Below are positions 8,404 to 19,599 of a DNA stretch of 64,000 bases, piece after piece. The first letter of the stretch is position 1, and every line of letters starts with the position of its first letter. Origin of the DNA: Flavobacteriales bacterium (GTDB taxonomy: Bacteria; Bacteroidota; Bacteroidia; NS11-12g; UBA9320); contig JACJZU010000003.1 of assembly GCA_020635435.1 (NCBI GenBank), positions 258,066 through 322,065 of the forward strand. The letters are read 5' to 3'. The translations under genes and the position numbers were made by a program. Under the pieces are notes generated by a model. That model made no database searches and was not told the origin of the DNA. It saw nothing but the letters and a program-made list of their open reading frames with translations.

Positions 8404-9993
8404 ATGTCCCTTCAACAGGAAATAAAAAAGCGACGAACATTCGGGATCATTTCGCACCCCGATGCCGGTAAAACCACCCTCACCGAGAAGTTACTCCTTT
8501 TTGGAGGGGCTATTCAAACGGCAGGAGCAGTTAAGAATAATAAGATCCAAAAGACGGCCACTTCCGACTTTATGGAGATCGAAAAGCAGCGGGGTATATC
8601 CGTGGCCACCTCCGTAATGGCCTTTCACTATGGCGATCACATCGTGAATATTCTGGATACACCCGGCCACAAGGATTTTGCAGAGGACACCTACAGAACC
8701 CTAACCGCGGTGGATAGCGTGATCCTGGTTGTGGATTGTGTGAAAGGCGTTGAAGAGCAAACCCGAAAGTTGATGCAGGTTTGCCGGATGCGCAATACCC
8801 CGGTTATCATTTTCATCAATAAGCTTGACCGGGACGGAAAGGATCCATACGATCTGTTGGACGAATTGGAGAGCGAACTGCACATTTCAGTGCGCCCGCT
8901 CAGTTGGCCGATCGGGATGGGGAAAGATTTCAAGGGTGTTTACCTGCTGTACAACGACAGTCTGAATCTCTTTGAAGCGAATAAGACCAAACGCAGCGAG
9001 GAGATCATTCATTTCGACAACATTGAGGATAAGTCGCTTGATACCCTGATCGGTGAACGCTATGCCGATAAACTTCGCGAAGACGTGGAACTCATAGGAG
9101 GAGTTTATGAGCCTTTTGATCGGGAAATGTACCGCGAAGGATTACTGGCACCTGTTTTCTTTGGCTCTGCTGTAAACAACTTCGGAGTGAAGGAATTGCT
9201 TGACACCTTTGTGGAAATTGCACCTTCTCCTGCTCCGCGAGCCACAAATAAGCGCTTAATTGAGCCTTCGGAGCCGAAATTCTCGGGGTTTGTTTTCAAG
9301 ATACACGCGAACCTCGATCCCAATCACCGCGATCGGATCGCCTTTTTGCGCGTTTGTTCAGGAACCTTTGAACGCAACACATTCTACAGGCACACGCGCC
9401 TGGGTAAGCAGATGCGATTCAGCAATCCATACAACTTCCTGGCTCAGAGCAAGAACGTGATCGAGGAAGCATATCCGGGCGATGTGGTGGGACTTTATGA
9501 TACCGGCAATTTCAAGATCGGAGATACCCTTACTGAAGGTGAGGATGTGCTATATCAGGGCATTCCAAGTTTCTCCCCCGAGATATTCAAGGAAGTGATC
9601 AACCGGGACCCAATGAAGAGCAAACAACTCGAGAAGGGTATTGAGCAACTCACCGATGAAGGTGTAGCTCAATTATACCGTCAGGAACCGGGTAACAGAA
9701 AATTCATCGGTGCGGTAGGAGAGCTGCAGTTCGAAGTGATCCAATATCGACTGGAGCATGAATACAATGCCAGTTGTGATCTGATCGCCATGCCTTTTCA
9801 CAAAGCATGTTGGATGACCGGTAAACCGGATGCCATCGATCAATTCTGCAAGTTCCGTGCGAAGGAGATCGTTTTCGATAAAGACGGTAATCGCGTTTAC
9901 CTGGCTCAATCCGCATTCGTTCTGCAAATGGCCCGTCAGAATAATCCGGACATCACGTTTCACGAGACCTCAGACTTTAAACTGAGTTCCTGA
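8404..9993 (+). CDS. prfC: Peptide chain release factor 3 (translational GTPase)
   Basis: The start [38 protein letters not shown] aligns with the RF3 N-terminus (G1 motif AGKTT). The ORF-track start at 8263 is an upstream extension that overlaps the PPIase gene on the other strand. Confidence 0.9.
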   Translation: MSLQQEIKKRRTFGIISHPDAGKTTLTEKLLLFGGAIQTAGAVKNNKIQKTATSDFMEIEKQRGISVATSVMAFHYGDHIVNILDTPGHKDFAEDTYRTLTAVDSVILVVDCVKGVEEQTRKLMQVCRMRNTPVIIFINKLDRDGKDPYDLLDELESELHISVRPLSWPIGMGKDFKGVYLLYNDSLNLFEANKTKRSEEIIHFDNIEDKSLDTLIGERYADKLREDVELIGGVYEPFDREMYREGLLAPVFFGSAVNNFGVKELLDTFVEIAPSPAPRATNKRLIEPSEPKFSGFVFKIHANLDPNHRDRIAFLRVCSGTFERNTFYRHTRLGKQMRFSNPYNFLAQSKNVIEEAYPGDVVGLYDTGNFKIGDTLTEGEDVLYQGIPSFSPEIFKEVINRDPMKSKQLEKGIEQLTDEGVAQLYRQEPGNRKFIGAVGELQFEVIQYRLEHEYNASCDLIAMPFHKACWMTGKPDAIDQFCKFRAKEIVFDKDGNRVYLAQSAFVLQMARQNNPDITFHETSDFKLSS

Positions 9994-10007
9994 GCTTGTG
10001 AGCGGGG

Positions 10008-10027
10008 CCGGCAGCAGAGGCTGCCGG
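10008..10027. terminator. GC-rich hairpin (CCGGCAGC-AGAG-GCTGCCGG) between the convergent prfC and htrA genes
   Basis: Perfect 8-bp stem with a 4-nt loop. There is no strong U-tract, so it may be a bidirectional terminator. Confidence 0.4.
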
Positions 10028-10035
10028 ATTGAATA

Positions 10036-11469
10036 TCAGTACATGTAGAACGACATCACCTGTTTACCACCATTGGGTGATACACCTTCAATGCGCAACT
10101 GTCCGCGCGCATTCTCCAGCAGGCGAATCGCTTCTTGCACGGTATCGGGAATATTGCCATTCACTACGGTGAGCACGAATCCCTCGGGAATGTTCATATT
10201 CCGTATCCGACCCTGCCCGATATTGCTAATCCGGAATCCATAATCGATGCCATAGCGCTCACGTTCCAGTTTTGTTATTGGTTCGAAATCTGCCCCAAGT
10301 GTTTGAGAGTGGGATACTTTCCGCACATAACGCCCGGTACCACCATCCTGATTGACCAATACAATTTCTTTTTCAATGGACTTACCATCCCGCCCGATGG
10401 TATAGCGAATGGCATCCCCGGGTCTGTGGCGGGCGATGATCTCGTTATAATCGGAAAGTCCGTAGATCTTCTTGCCGTTCATAGCCAGGATCACATCTCC
10501 GACCAGGATCTGATTTCTGAGTCCATCGTTCAACCCGTTGATGCCCTTTACTTCAACACCGCTGCCATCGTAACGTTCGAACTGGGAAGAACTCTGTTCG
10601 AGATCTGTAACTTCCAATCCGTCAAATCCCCGTTGGATCTCACCAAATTCGCGGAGATCGTTCACGATCTTCAAAACGATATTGGATGGTATAGCAAATC
10701 CATATCCAACGTACGATCCTGTTTTTGAGGCAATTGCCGTATTTACGCCGATCAGTTTGCCTTCAAGATTCACCAGGGCCCCTCCACTGTTTCCGGGATT
10801 GATCGCTGCATCGGTTTGTATGAAACTCTCGATTGGGAATTCGTTTCGAACTATATTGATATTGCGTCCTTTCGCACTTACGATCCCTGCAGTTACTGTA
10901 CTGTTCAAGTTGAATGGGTTTCCAACGGCAAGTACCCATTCACCGATCTCTACTTCATCGCTGTTCGCAACTTCTATGAAGGGCAGGTTCTCGGCTTCGA
11001 TCTTCAACAATGCCAGGTCTGATGAAGGAGCATCGCCAATAACCTTTGCCTGATAGCTGCGTTTCCCGCCGATCACGACTTCAATTTTATCGGCATTTTG
11101 TACAACGTGATGATTGGTGACAATATAACCGTCGGAGCTGATGATGACCCCCGAACCGGTACTCGATACCTTTCCAATACTGCCGAATGGATCAAAATCG
11201 AAGAACCAGAAAGAGCTGCGACGTTGAACCTGCGATTCCGTTTTGATGAACACCACGGTAGGTGTACTTTTTTTGGAGGCCGAAATGAAATTGACATCAC
11301 TGACATTCTGATTGGCTGCTCGAACGATGGGATTGAAGGCAGCTCCGTTGTCGTGCACATAAACCGTTTGCTTGTTCGATCGGCTAAAATGTCTAGAGAA
11401 AAACCAGGATGCCAGTACAGCAGTGGCCAGTACCATGGCGATACTCCATATCAGGAAACGTTTCTGCAT
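10036..11469 (-). CDS. htrA: Do/DegP/HtrA-family periplasmic serine endoprotease (trypsin-like domain plus PDZ domains)
   Basis: Catalytic-triad context TNHHVV...DLALLKI...GNSGGALVN. Two PDZ-like regions. Signal/anchor MQKRFLIWSIAMVLATAVLA. Confidence 0.9.
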   Translation of the reverse strand: MQKRFLIWSIAMVLATAVLASWFFSRHFSRSNKQTVYVHDNGAAFNPIVRAANQNVSDVNFISASKKSTPTVVFIKTESQVQRRSSFWFFDFDPFGSIGKVSSTGSGVIISSDGYIVTNHHVVQNADKIEVVIGGKRSYQAKVIGDAPSSDLALLKIEAENLPFIEVANSDEVEIGEWVLAVGNPFNLNSTVTAGIVSAKGRNINIVRNEFPIESFIQTDAAINPGNSGGALVNLEGKLIGVNTAIASKTGSYVGYGFAIPSNIVLKIVNDLREFGEIQRGFDGLEVTDLEQSSSQFERYDGSGVEVKGINGLNDGLRNQILVGDVILAMNGKKIYGLSDYNEIIARHRPGDAIRYTIGRDGKSIEKEIVLVNQDGGTGRYVRKVSHSQTLGADFEPITKLERERYGIDYGFRISNIGQGRIRNMNIPEGFVLTVVNGNIPDTVQEAIRLLENARGQLRIEGVSPNGGKQVMSFYMY

Positions 11470-11521
11470 AGTTGTCAGGGCTTAATTTTCGAACGGTACT
11501 TGTTCAAAAATAGTACCACTG

Positions 11522-12613
11522 TCAATCTTGCACACTTGCCCGAACCTCGATCTGTATCTTCGGTTGACGTGGGTCGTTGGTATACAGGTAAATGAATTTG
11601 CGTTGCTCGCCCGATTTGAATAGGGCATCGAACTGAACGGTTACTTCCCTGCTCTCGCCGCGCAAGATGGGAGCATCGCTGAATTCGAGCAAGGCGCAGG
11701 CGCAGTCGGATGATACTTTGAGTATCTGCAGGTCACGCTTGCCCTTGTTTGTGATGAGGAACTTTTTACGCATTTTCTGACCCTGAACCATACTCCCCAT
11801 TTCGATCACCTGGGTGGACAATTCGATAAGGGGTGCTTTGCGCAGTGCCTTTTTCCCCGGGGTTCCAAAATCCTGAATGAGCTCAAAGGTGATCTCGATT
11901 GATTTTGTAGGAAAGAAAATGTCTCCGGTCTCAAAGAGTGCCACTTCATTGATCAAGCCCAGATCGTTTACCTTATCGGCTTGTAGGATCACCGGAATGC
12001 GAAGTGTATCGCCCGGCTCCATGGTCTTGTCCTCCGGAAAATCGATCTGCAGATAGTCCGGTTTTCGGGAAACCTTCTTGAGCTTGAGAGGTCGGTTGTA
12101 TTCATTGATCAACATGATCTCCTGCCTGTAGGAGCCTTTATTGGGTATGGATCCGAATGCCGCTATGTTCGAGGGCATGTGCAAATAACCGAACTGTCCG
12201 GGTATGCGCTCTGTTTGGGTGTTTATCGGGCGGCGGATGACACCGGTAATTCGGAGAGGAACCGTTATTGCATCCTGAAAATTGGCCAGCACCTCCACTT
12301 TTTTTTCGATCTCACCTGCATAGTTGTCGGGATCGAATGTTACCCCGATAACCGCTGTTTCACCCGGTTTTATGGGTTCTTTTGGCCAGGAAGGTACTGT
12401 GCATCCGCAATCTGCCTTTATGTCTCGAATTACAAGTGCGTCCGAACTGTTGTTGGTCAAGCGAAATTCCGTTTGGATCAATCCACTTCGGAAATTGATG
12501 GTTCCGAAGTTGTAGTTGGTTCGGTCGAAGTGAATATCGGCAACCCGGATCTGAGCAGACAATGCTGTGCAAATACCTATGAGAAGAGATGTAACTGTTG
12601 TTTTTCGGATCAT
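11522..12613 (-). CDS. DUF1573 domain-containing protein (two DUF1573-like CxC modules), secreted
   Basis: N- and C-terminal modules carry the DUF1573 signatures DCGCTVPSWPKEPIKPGETAVIGVTFD and SSDCACALLEFSDAPILRGESREVTVQFD. Likely start MIRKTTVTSLLIGICTALSAQ, which is a signal peptide at 12613. The ORF-track start at 12691 adds 26 aa. Confidence 0.6.
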   Translation of the reverse strand: MIRKTTVTSLLIGICTALSAQIRVADIHFDRTNYNFGTINFRSGLIQTEFRLTNNSSDALVIRDIKADCGCTVPSWPKEPIKPGETAVIGVTFDPDNYAGEIEKKVEVLANFQDAITVPLRITGVIRRPINTQTERIPGQFGYLHMPSNIAAFGSIPNKGSYRQEIMLINEYNRPLKLKKVSRKPDYLQIDFPEDKTMEPGDTLRIPVILQADKVNDLGLINEVALFETGDIFFPTKSIEITFELIQDFGTPGKKALRKAPLIELSTQVIEMGSMVQGQKMRKKFLITNKGKRDLQILKVSSDCACALLEFSDAPILRGESREVTVQFDALFKSGEQRKFIYLYTNDPRQPKIQIEVRASVQD

Positions 12614-12724
12614 CTTTATAATTAACCTGTTGATGCAATAACAAAGCGCGAAGTAAATGCACCTTAACACTTTGAAGATGTGAAAGTTCAATAAGTTGCC
12701 CGTCAGTAGTGAGAAACGACGATT

Positions 12725-13789
12725 TTGAGGATAAATTCTGCATCACGCTTGAAGCGCAGATACGTATTTTTGAGTGTGCGAAACGAACATATCGATCCGA
12801 GTGCGAAGAACGATCGGGAGATCGAACAGGTATTGAGGCCGCAGGAATTCTCGGAGTTCACCGGTCAGGACAAGATCCTTGAGAATCTCAGGGTCTTTGT
12901 TCAAGCGGCAGTTCAGAGGGAGGAGGCATTGGATCATGTGCTGCTACATGGCCCTCCGGGACTGGGAAAAACTACGCTGGCCAACATAATCGCGAACGAG
13001 CTGAACAGCCAGATCAAGATCACTTCAGGCCCTGTACTCGAAAAACCGGGAGACCTGGCCGGATTGCTCACGAATCTCGAGCATGGGGATGTTCTGTTCA
13101 TTGATGAAATACATCGCCTCAGTCCGGTTATCGAGGAATATCTGTACTCGGCAATGGAAGATTACCGGATCGATATCATGTTGGATACCGGTCCCAATGC
13201 CCGATCTGTTCAGATCTCCATCAGTCCGTTCACCCTCGTTGGGGCAACTACGCGCAGTGGGCTGCTCACATCACCCCTTCGAGCACGGTTTGGGATCAAT
13301 TGTCGGCTAGAGTATTACGATTCAGCGGTTCTTCAGCAGATCATAGTGCGATCGTCGGGTATTCTGCGCACAGAGATTCATCCTTCAGCCGCCATGGAGA
13401 TCGCCCGGCGAAGCAGGGGAACTCCCCGGATCGCCAATGCCTTACTGCGCCGCACGCGCGATTTTGCCCAGATAAAGGGTGAAGGTTATATTGATCTGGA
13501 TATTGCACGCTATGCTTTGGATGCCCTGAATGTGGATGCCCGCGGACTGGATGAAATGGATAACCGGATCCTGGCCACAATTATCGAAAAATTCAAAGGT
13601 GGTCCGGTGGGGATCAATACCATTGCAACTGCAGTAGGAGAGGAAGCCGGTACAATTGAAGAGGTATACGAACCATTCCTGATCAAAGAAGGATATATTC
13701 AGCGCACATCGCGTGGGCGAGAGGCCACACAGGCTGCATATGAGCATCTCGGAAAAATTCCTCCCTCACAAATGCATACCCTGTTCTAG
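12725..13789 (+). CDS. ruvB: Holliday junction branch-migration DNA helicase RuvB
   Basis: [14 protein letters not shown]...[20 protein letters not shown] (Walker A) and a conserved RuvB C-terminal winged helix. The ORF begins with TTG at 12725. An in-frame GTG at 12776 is an alternative start. Confidence 0.9.
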   Translation: MRINSASRLKRRYVFLSVRNEHIDPSAKNDREIEQVLRPQEFSEFTGQDKILENLRVFVQAAVQREEALDHVLLHGPPGLGKTTLANIIANELNSQIKITSGPVLEKPGDLAGLLTNLEHGDVLFIDEIHRLSPVIEEYLYSAMEDYRIDIMLDTGPNARSVQISISPFTLVGATTRSGLLTSPLRARFGINCRLEYYDSAVLQQIIVRSSGILRTEIHPSAAMEIARRSRGTPRIANALLRRTRDFAQIKGEGYIDLDIARYALDALNVDARGLDEMDNRILATIIEKFKGGPVGINTIATAVGEEAGTIEEVYEPFLIKEGYIQRTSRGREATQAAYEHLGKIPPSQMHTLF

Positions 13790-13792
13790 TTC

Positions 13793-14719
13793 ATGGAAAA
13801 AGCCGAACGTTCTGCTCTGGTCAAACAAATTGCGGCCGATCTGGGATTTCTGGCATGTGGTATAACCGGTGCCAACCGCATGGATGATGAAGAAGCACGG
13901 CTCGAAAACTGGCTCAAAGCCGGAATGCACGGCTCCATGAAATGGATGGAAGGGCATTTCGAGAAGCGCTTAAATCCGGCTGAATTGGTACCCGGTGCAC
14001 AAAGCGTGATCTGTCTTCTGTTCAATTATCAGCCGTCGGTGCGTCAGGAGGAAGACACAGCACGTATCTCGGCCTACGCTTATGGCGACGATTATCACCA
14101 GGTCGTGAAAACCAGGTTACATGCTCTGGCCAATGCCATGAAAGAGCGTTTTGGAGATTTCAATTACCGGGCATTCGTAGATTCTGCCCCCATTCTCGAA
14201 CGCCCTCTGGCAGCACGCGCCGGATTGGGCTGGATAGGTAAGCACAGTTTATTGTTGCGTAAAGGGAATGGCTCCTTCTTCTTCATTGGTGAATTGATCG
14301 CCGATATCGAATTGGAGCAGGATGGGCCGGTAACCGACCACTGTGGCACATGTACGGCCTGTATCGACGCATGTCCGACCGATGCAATCGTTGCAGATCG
14401 GGTAGTTGACTCCAGAAGGTGCATTTCCTATCTCACCATTGAACTGAGAGATGAGATCCCTGCCGAATTCAGGGATAAAATGGAGAATTGGGCCTATGGT
14501 TGCGATATTTGTCAGGATGTGTGTCCGTGGAACCGATTTGCCCGGCCGCATAACGAACCGGCATTTAACATTCGCGAGGAGATCCGAAGCTTTGATCTTA
14601 AGGATTGGCTGAAGGTTGACGAGGCCGGCTTCAAACGAATTTTCAGTAAATCGGCAGTTAAACGCACGAAATATGGAGGATTTCAACGAAATCTGAAGTT
14701 TATTTCAGCAATTCAATAG
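13793..14719 (+). CDS. queG: Epoxyqueuosine reductase (tRNA queuosine biosynthesis)
   Basis: 4Fe-4S ferredoxin motif CGTCTACIDACPTDAI plus a second Cys cluster (CDICQDVCPWN). Length and order match QueG. Confidence 0.85.
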   Translation: MEKAERSALVKQIAADLGFLACGITGANRMDDEEARLENWLKAGMHGSMKWMEGHFEKRLNPAELVPGAQSVICLLFNYQPSVRQEEDTARISAYAYGDDYHQVVKTRLHALANAMKERFGDFNYRAFVDSAPILERPLAARAGLGWIGKHSLLLRKGNGSFFFIGELIADIELEQDGPVTDHCGTCTACIDACPTDAIVADRVVDSRRCISYLTIELRDEIPAEFRDKMENWAYGCDICQDVCPWNRFARPHNEPAFNIREEIRSFDLKDWLKVDEAGFKRIFSKSAVKRTKYGGFQRNLKFISAIQ

Positions 14720-14722
14720 CTT

Positions 14723-16156
14723 TTGAATATGGAAAGCAAACCCGAATCAACCGATAATTCCGGCAACATCAACGATGCAGCACGCAATCTTCTAAAGAGT
14801 GTGAGCAGCTTCCTGATCGGGTTGCTCAGCATAGCACAAGATGTAGACAAAAGCGAAGCGGAAGCGAATATTCGGTCTGATGTAGAATTCAAGGGTTTCA
14901 ACATTTGGATCCTATTTTGTTCTGTACTGATATGCAGCATAGGACTTAACCTGAACTCGACGGCTGTTGTTATCGGTGCGATGCTCATCAGTCCGCTCAT
15001 GGGGCCTTTGGTGGGGACAGGCTTTTCTGTGGGAACGTTCGACAGGGATCTGCTGATCAAATCGCTCAAGAACTTATCAAACGCCCTTATCATCAGTTTA
15101 CTGGCATCCTATATTTTTTTCTCGCTGGCACCTACATCACACGATCAAAGTGAACTTTTGGCACGCACGAGACCCAATCTGCTGGACCTTTTCGTGGCAC
15201 TATTTGGAGGTTTTGCGGGAATATTGGCTGTTACCCGTCGCATCAAAACCAACGTGATACCCGGAGTTGCCATTGCCACGGCATTGATGCCTCCTCTGTG
15301 CACGGCGGGGTACGCACTGGCCGCAGCCAACTGGACATTCTTTCTCGGGGCATTCTACCTGTTCTTCATCAATTCCGTGATGATCGCGTTCTCCGCGCTG
15401 ATCGTAGTTTGGTATCTGCGTTTTCCAAAGGCGACATACATTAACCAGCGCACGCGCCGCCTGGTAAGGATCGGTATCATCATTTTTATCGGTATTGTGG
15501 CCGTTCCCAGTGCATGGATGTATGCGAGGGCCTTGCGTGAAACCATATTTATGAACAGGGCAAATGGTTTTATCGATCAACAGATAACGGTGGATGGCCG
15601 AAAGATCTTCGATCCGGAGCTGATCTATGGCAGAGACAGCAGTTACATTCGATTGTTCGTTTATGGAAAGCCATTCACCGATCAACAGATCGATTCATTC
15701 AGGCAGATCCTGTCGAATTACGGCATTTTTAGAACCGATCTGCAGATCGAGAATATGGGGTCCATCGATGAGAGTCGGTCCCAGGTGCGCATGAAGGAAC
15801 TCGAGATCTCCCAAAAGCAACAAGTTTTAAGTGATATTCAACTTCAACTCATGAAACGAACGGAGGAAGTGGACTTCCTGAGCGAGAGATTGAAACAGGT
15901 AGAGGGCAAGCTCATTGATAGCGATCAATTGAATAAGGAAGCTCTGGTTCAATACCCTGAATTGGATCGGATCACCTATAACTGGGAATTACAATCAGAC
16001 GATTCGATATCGGCAATCCCTACTTTCATTCTGTACTTCAAAACAGGCACGCGAATACGCGAACGTTCCATGACCAGAGATAGGGTCAATGAATGGTTGA
16101 AAGTGAAATACGAGGAAAAGTTCGACAGTATTCAGGTATTTACCATCGGGGATTGA
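14723..16156 (+). CDS. DUF389 (TIGR00341-like) integral membrane protein with C-terminal coiled-coil extension
   Basis: Multiple TM helices with DUF389-type motifs (GAMLISPLMGPLVG...IPGVAIATALMPPLCTAGY). The C-terminal ~150 aa are soluble and predicted coiled coil. Starts 4 nt after the queG stop. Confidence 0.6.
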   Translation: MNMESKPESTDNSGNINDAARNLLKSVSSFLIGLLSIAQDVDKSEAEANIRSDVEFKGFNIWILFCSVLICSIGLNLNSTAVVIGAMLISPLMGPLVGTGFSVGTFDRDLLIKSLKNLSNALIISLLASYIFFSLAPTSHDQSELLARTRPNLLDLFVALFGGFAGILAVTRRIKTNVIPGVAIATALMPPLCTAGYALAAANWTFFLGAFYLFFINSVMIAFSALIVVWYLRFPKATYINQRTRRLVRIGIIIFIGIVAVPSAWMYARALRETIFMNRANGFIDQQITVDGRKIFDPELIYGRDSSYIRLFVYGKPFTDQQIDSFRQILSNYGIFRTDLQIENMGSIDESRSQVRMKELEISQKQQVLSDIQLQLMKRTEEVDFLSERLKQVEGKLIDSDQLNKEALVQYPELDRITYNWELQSDDSISAIPTFILYFKTGTRIRERSMTRDRVNEWLKVKYEEKFDSIQVFTIGD

Positions 16157-16183
16157 GTTCAGACCGTTTTGCTCTCGTTCTGA

Positions 16184-17278
16184 TTAAACGTTAAATCTGA
16201 AGTGCATTACATCGCCATCCTGTACGATGTATTCTTTCCCTTCCACACGCAGCTTTCCGGCATCTCTGCAGGCAGCTTCTGATCCGTAACCGACAAAATC
16301 GGTGTAAGCGATCACTTCTGCCCGAATGAATCCCTTTTCAAAGTCGCTGTGGATCACACCGGCGGCTTGGGGAGCCTTCATTCCACGGGTTATGGTCCAG
16401 GCTCTTACTTCTTTCACACCGGCAGTGAAGTACGTGATGTAATTGAGCAAGCGATAAGCCGACTGGATCAATCGTGCAACACCACTTTCGGCAAGTCCCA
16501 TTTCTTCCAGGAACATGACCTGATCCTCGCGCGCCATTGTAGCGATCTCGGCCTCAATTGCGGCGGATATCAGGAGTATTTCGGCATTCTCGTCCGATAC
16601 CGAGGCCCGAAATGCCTCTGTGTGCTTGTTTCCGCTCAAAACGCTTGCTTCATCCACATTACATACATAGAGGATCGGCTTTGCGGTCAAAAGCTGCAGA
16701 TCGTTGATCAGTTCTTGCTCATCTTCATCCATTTCCAGGGATCGGGCAGAGCGGCCCTCGCTGAGATGCGCCTTCATACGTTCGAGAATATCAGCCTGCT
16801 TCCGTGCTGCTTTGTCTCCTGTAGAGGCCGCTTTCCTTTGTTTGGTCAGACGATTCTCAAGCGTTTCAAGATCTTTGAGTTGTAATTCCGTATCGATGAT
16901 CTCCTTGTCGCGAACCGGATCCACCGATCCGTCGACATGCACCACATTGGGGTCGTCGAAACATCGCACCACATGGATAATGGCATTTGTGCTGCGGATA
17001 TTTCCAAGGAATTGATTCCCCAGACCCTCACCTTTACTTGCACCTTTGACCAATCCGGCTATATCAACGATCTCAATAGTTGTAGGAACCACCTTTTGTG
17101 GTTTTACCAATTCCTCCAGTTTGAACAGACGTTGATCGGGTACCGTAATAGTGCCTACATTGGGCTCTATGGTGCAAAAAGGGAAATTAGCGCTTTGAGC
17201 CTGCGCATTGCTGAGGCAGTTGAAAAGGGTTGATTTTCCAACATTCGGGAGTCCTACAATTCCGCACTGTAAAGCCAT
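16184..17278 (-). CDS. ychF: Redox-regulated ribosome-binding ATPase YchF (Obg family)
   Basis: MALQCGIVGLPNVGKSTLFNCLS...NFPFCTIEPN matches the YchF N-terminus. C-terminal TGS domain present. Confidence 0.9.
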   Translation of the reverse strand: MALQCGIVGLPNVGKSTLFNCLSNAQAQSANFPFCTIEPNVGTITVPDQRLFKLEELVKPQKVVPTTIEIVDIAGLVKGASKGEGLGNQFLGNIRSTNAIIHVVRCFDDPNVVHVDGSVDPVRDKEIIDTELQLKDLETLENRLTKQRKAASTGDKAARKQADILERMKAHLSEGRSARSLEMDEDEQELINDLQLLTAKPILYVCNVDEASVLSGNKHTEAFRASVSDENAEILLISAAIEAEIATMAREDQVMFLEEMGLAESGVARLIQSAYRLLNYITYFTAGVKEVRAWTITRGMKAPQAAGVIHSDFEKGFIRAEVIAYTDFVGYGSEAACRDAGKLRVEGKEYIVQDGDVMHFRFNV

Positions 17279-17329
17279 TCGTATTTTTTTTTAAGGCTGC
17301 AAGTTTACGCTTATTGTGCGGATTCTGCT

Positions 17330-17941
17330 CTAAGGAATGCCGATGTATTTGTGCGTTTGCAGACTCAGCATCCAACGCGGATTGGCTTTTATGAAGTCCA
17401 CGATCAACGATTCCATTTGTTGTTGTTTGCTCCATTCGGGCTGAAGTAGGCGGATACAGGAATCTTTGAGATGCTTTTCGTGGCTGAGTCCCCAGTCGAA
17501 ATCGGAACGATTGTAGACGATCACCTTGTATTCATCTGCCATTTTCAAGGCTTCTGTTAGCGGAGCCTTGAACTTTTTAGGAGATACACAGATCCAGTCA
17601 AAAGTTCCTCGAATTGGCCAGGCTCCGGAAGTTTCGAGATGCACGCGCTTTCCCCTGGAGTGCAGAGACGCGCAAAGTGCGCTTAGGTCGTACATACAGG
17701 GCTCTCCACCGGTTATTACCACGATGTTGGCAGGGAATTCCTCCGCCTCTTGGGCGAGTTCCTCTGCCGACCGGACCGGGTAGCCCTCGGTCTCCCAACT
17801 TTCCTTCACATCGCACCACACGCAACCCACATCACAACCTGCCAGGCGGATGAAGAAGGCCGCCTGTCCTGTATAACGACCTTCACCCTGAATGGTGTAG
17901 AAGGCCTCCATTACCGGAAAATCAAGCTGTGCGGTTTGCAA
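17330..17941 (-). CDS. queE: 7-carboxy-7-deazaguanine synthase (radical SAM), queuosine pathway
   Basis: FPVMEAFYTIQGEGRYTGQAAFFIRLAGCDVGCVWCD contains the short-form QueE CxxxCxxC-type cluster motif. ~200 aa. May start at the internal MEAFY (17911), which would avoid a 20-nt overlap with the folD stop. Confidence 0.8.
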   Translation of the reverse strand: MQTAQLDFPVMEAFYTIQGEGRYTGQAAFFIRLAGCDVGCVWCDVKESWETEGYPVRSAEELAQEAEEFPANIVVITGGEPCMYDLSALCASLHSRGKRVHLETSGAWPIRGTFDWICVSPKKFKAPLTEALKMADEYKVIVYNRSDFDWGLSHEKHLKDSCIRLLQPEWSKQQQMESLIVDFIKANPRWMLSLQTHKYIGIP

Positions 17942-18806
17942 GTTTTTGTTTGTAAGCTTTGAGTGTGTTTTGCATCAATCCGATGATGGTCATGGGCCCA
18001 ACTCCCCCCGGAACCGGAGTGATCCAGGATGCCACTTCCTTCACCTCTTCGTAGGCCACATCACCCTTCAGCACATAACCTTTTTCGTTTTGAGCATCTA
18101 CTCGGGTTATGCCAACGTCGATTACCACAGCGCCAGGTCTCACCATATCCGCTGTCACAAATTCCGGTCTTCCGAGAGCAACGATCAATATATCCGCCAT
18201 TCGCGTATATGAGGCCAGATCCCTCGTCCTGCTGTGCGTAAGCGTTACCGTTGCATTACCGGGATTATCGTTTCTGGACATCAGAATGCTCATCGGCCGA
18301 CCGACAATATTGCTTCTCCCTACTACAACACAGTGTTTACCGCTCGTCTCTATGCCGTTGCGATCGAGCAATTGCAATATTCCATAAGGAGTGGCGGATA
18401 TGAATGTATCCTCTCCTTTGGTCAGTTTTCCAATATTTACATCGTGGAACCCGTCTACATCCTTGGAGGGATCGATCGCATGTGTAACCCTTGGTTCGGA
18501 TATGTGCGCAGGCAGCGGCAATTGTACGATCAACCCATCGATCTGATCGTTTTCATTGATGGCGGCAATTTCACGGAGCAGATCTTCTTCGGTGGTATCG
18601 GCCGCGAAACGCATCACTGTAGAATTGAAACCTACTTTTTTGCAGGCGTTCTCCTTGTTCTTTACATAGGTTTTGCTGGCACCGTCTTCACCAACCAATA
18701 TGGCAACCAAATGGGGTGGGCGCAGTCCCTTAGAGGTTAGTTCAAGAACTTCCCTTGCGATCTCTTCCTTGATCACATCCGATAAAGCTTTTCCATTCAA
18801 GTCCAT
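17922..18806 (-). CDS. folD: Bifunctional 5,10-methylene-THF dehydrogenase / methenyl-THF cyclohydrolase
   Basis: The start MDLNGKALSDVIKEEIAREV...HLVAILVGEDGASKTYVKNK matches the FolD N-terminus. The ORF-track 5-prime extension to 18995 is non-homologous leader. Confidence 0.9.
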   Translation of the reverse strand: MDLNGKALSDVIKEEIAREVLELTSKGLRPPHLVAILVGEDGASKTYVKNKENACKKVGFNSTVMRFAADTTEEDLLREIAAINENDQIDGLIVQLPLPAHISEPRVTHAIDPSKDVDGFHDVNIGKLTKGEDTFISATPYGILQLLDRNGIETSGKHCVVVGRSNIVGRPMSILMSRNDNPGNATVTLTHSRTRDLASYTRMADILIVALGRPEFVTADMVRPGAVVIDVGITRVDAQNEKGYVLKGDVAYEEVKEVASWITPVPGGVGPMTIIGLMQNTLKAYKQKLANRTA

Positions 18807-18918
18807 TAGGCGCGTTTTTGACCGCAATATTAGGCATCGAGGGGAAAAGAGCGAGGGGTGCGGAGCGGAAAATGCGTTGTTTTGTATCGTGATCAGGCAA
18901 AAAGGCGTCAGAAGTACA

Positions 18919-19599
18919 TTGGTCTCAAGGCCGTTTGCAGGCTTTTGGGCGTGTTGCCTGCTTTTGCTGAACTCTTGTGATACTGGTCGGATCATCGAAG
19001 GACCGAAGGCGAGGGGCGAAGTGTACTTCCCGTTAGCCAGGGGGATGTCGTGGGTCTATAGGGTAGATTCCATAGTTTTTGACGATTTCCGGAGGCAGAT
19101 AGATACACACCGCTATCGGGTTCGGTATCACATCACTGACAGTATCAATGAAAACGGAAGGTGGGCGCATCGAACCATCCGAAGCATGAGACCGGAGGGA
19201 TCAAGTAGGTGGCAGTATCTGGAGGATCTCTATTTGTACCGCGATGATTACTGGGCCATCGAGAAAAGGAACAATACCATGGAAGTTAAGCTTGGTTTTC
19301 CGCTCGCGCTCTATAAGGCCTGGGATGGCAATCTGTTCAATTTGCAGGAAGAAGCGCAATTTGAGATACTCACCTTACATGAGCCCTTGGTTGTGGATGG
19401 ATATGCCTATAATTCAACCCTTGAAGTTCTGAGAAAGGATGTGTCCAACGCGCTTCAACGCAGTTATTCCTCGGAGATCTATCAGAAGGGTGTTGGATTG
19501 ATACAGCGAAGGGAAATTGAAAAACGATCGGATCAGATCGGTCAGGAGATTCCAAGAGGATATGAGCTCACGTACACGCTGGAAGAATTTAGGCCTTAG
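18919..19599 (+). CDS. Hypothetical lipoprotein, paralogue A of a tandem pair
   Basis: Likely TTG start giving MVSRPFAGFWACCLLLLNSCDTG, a lipobox. Shares RVDSI... and (K/I)(A/I)WDGN motifs with the next gene. The in-frame ORF upstream of 18919 overlaps folD and is discounted. Confidence 0.45.
   Translation: MVSRPFAGFWACCLLLLNSCDTGRIIEGPKARGEVYFPLARGMSWVYRVDSIVFDDFRRQIDTHRYRVRYHITDSINENGRWAHRTIRSMRPEGSSRWQYLEDLYLYRDDYWAIEKRNNTMEVKLGFPLALYKAWDGNLFNLQEEAQFEILTLHEPLVVDGYAYNSTLEVLRKDVSNALQRSYSSEIYQKGVGLIQRREIEKRSDQIGQEIPRGYELTYTLEEFRP

Noticed and set aside
17281-17293. T9 homopolymer 8 nt upstream of the ychF start (A9 on the coding strand) as a phase-variation tract
   Set aside because: ychF is a conserved housekeeping GTPase/ATPase. 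The tract is more likely just an AT-rich RBS or spacer region.
18673-18918. Upstream extension of lipoprotein paralogue A overlapping folD
   Set aside because: It runs antisense through the conserved folD coding region. A lipoprotein signal peptide begins at the in-frame TTG at 18919.
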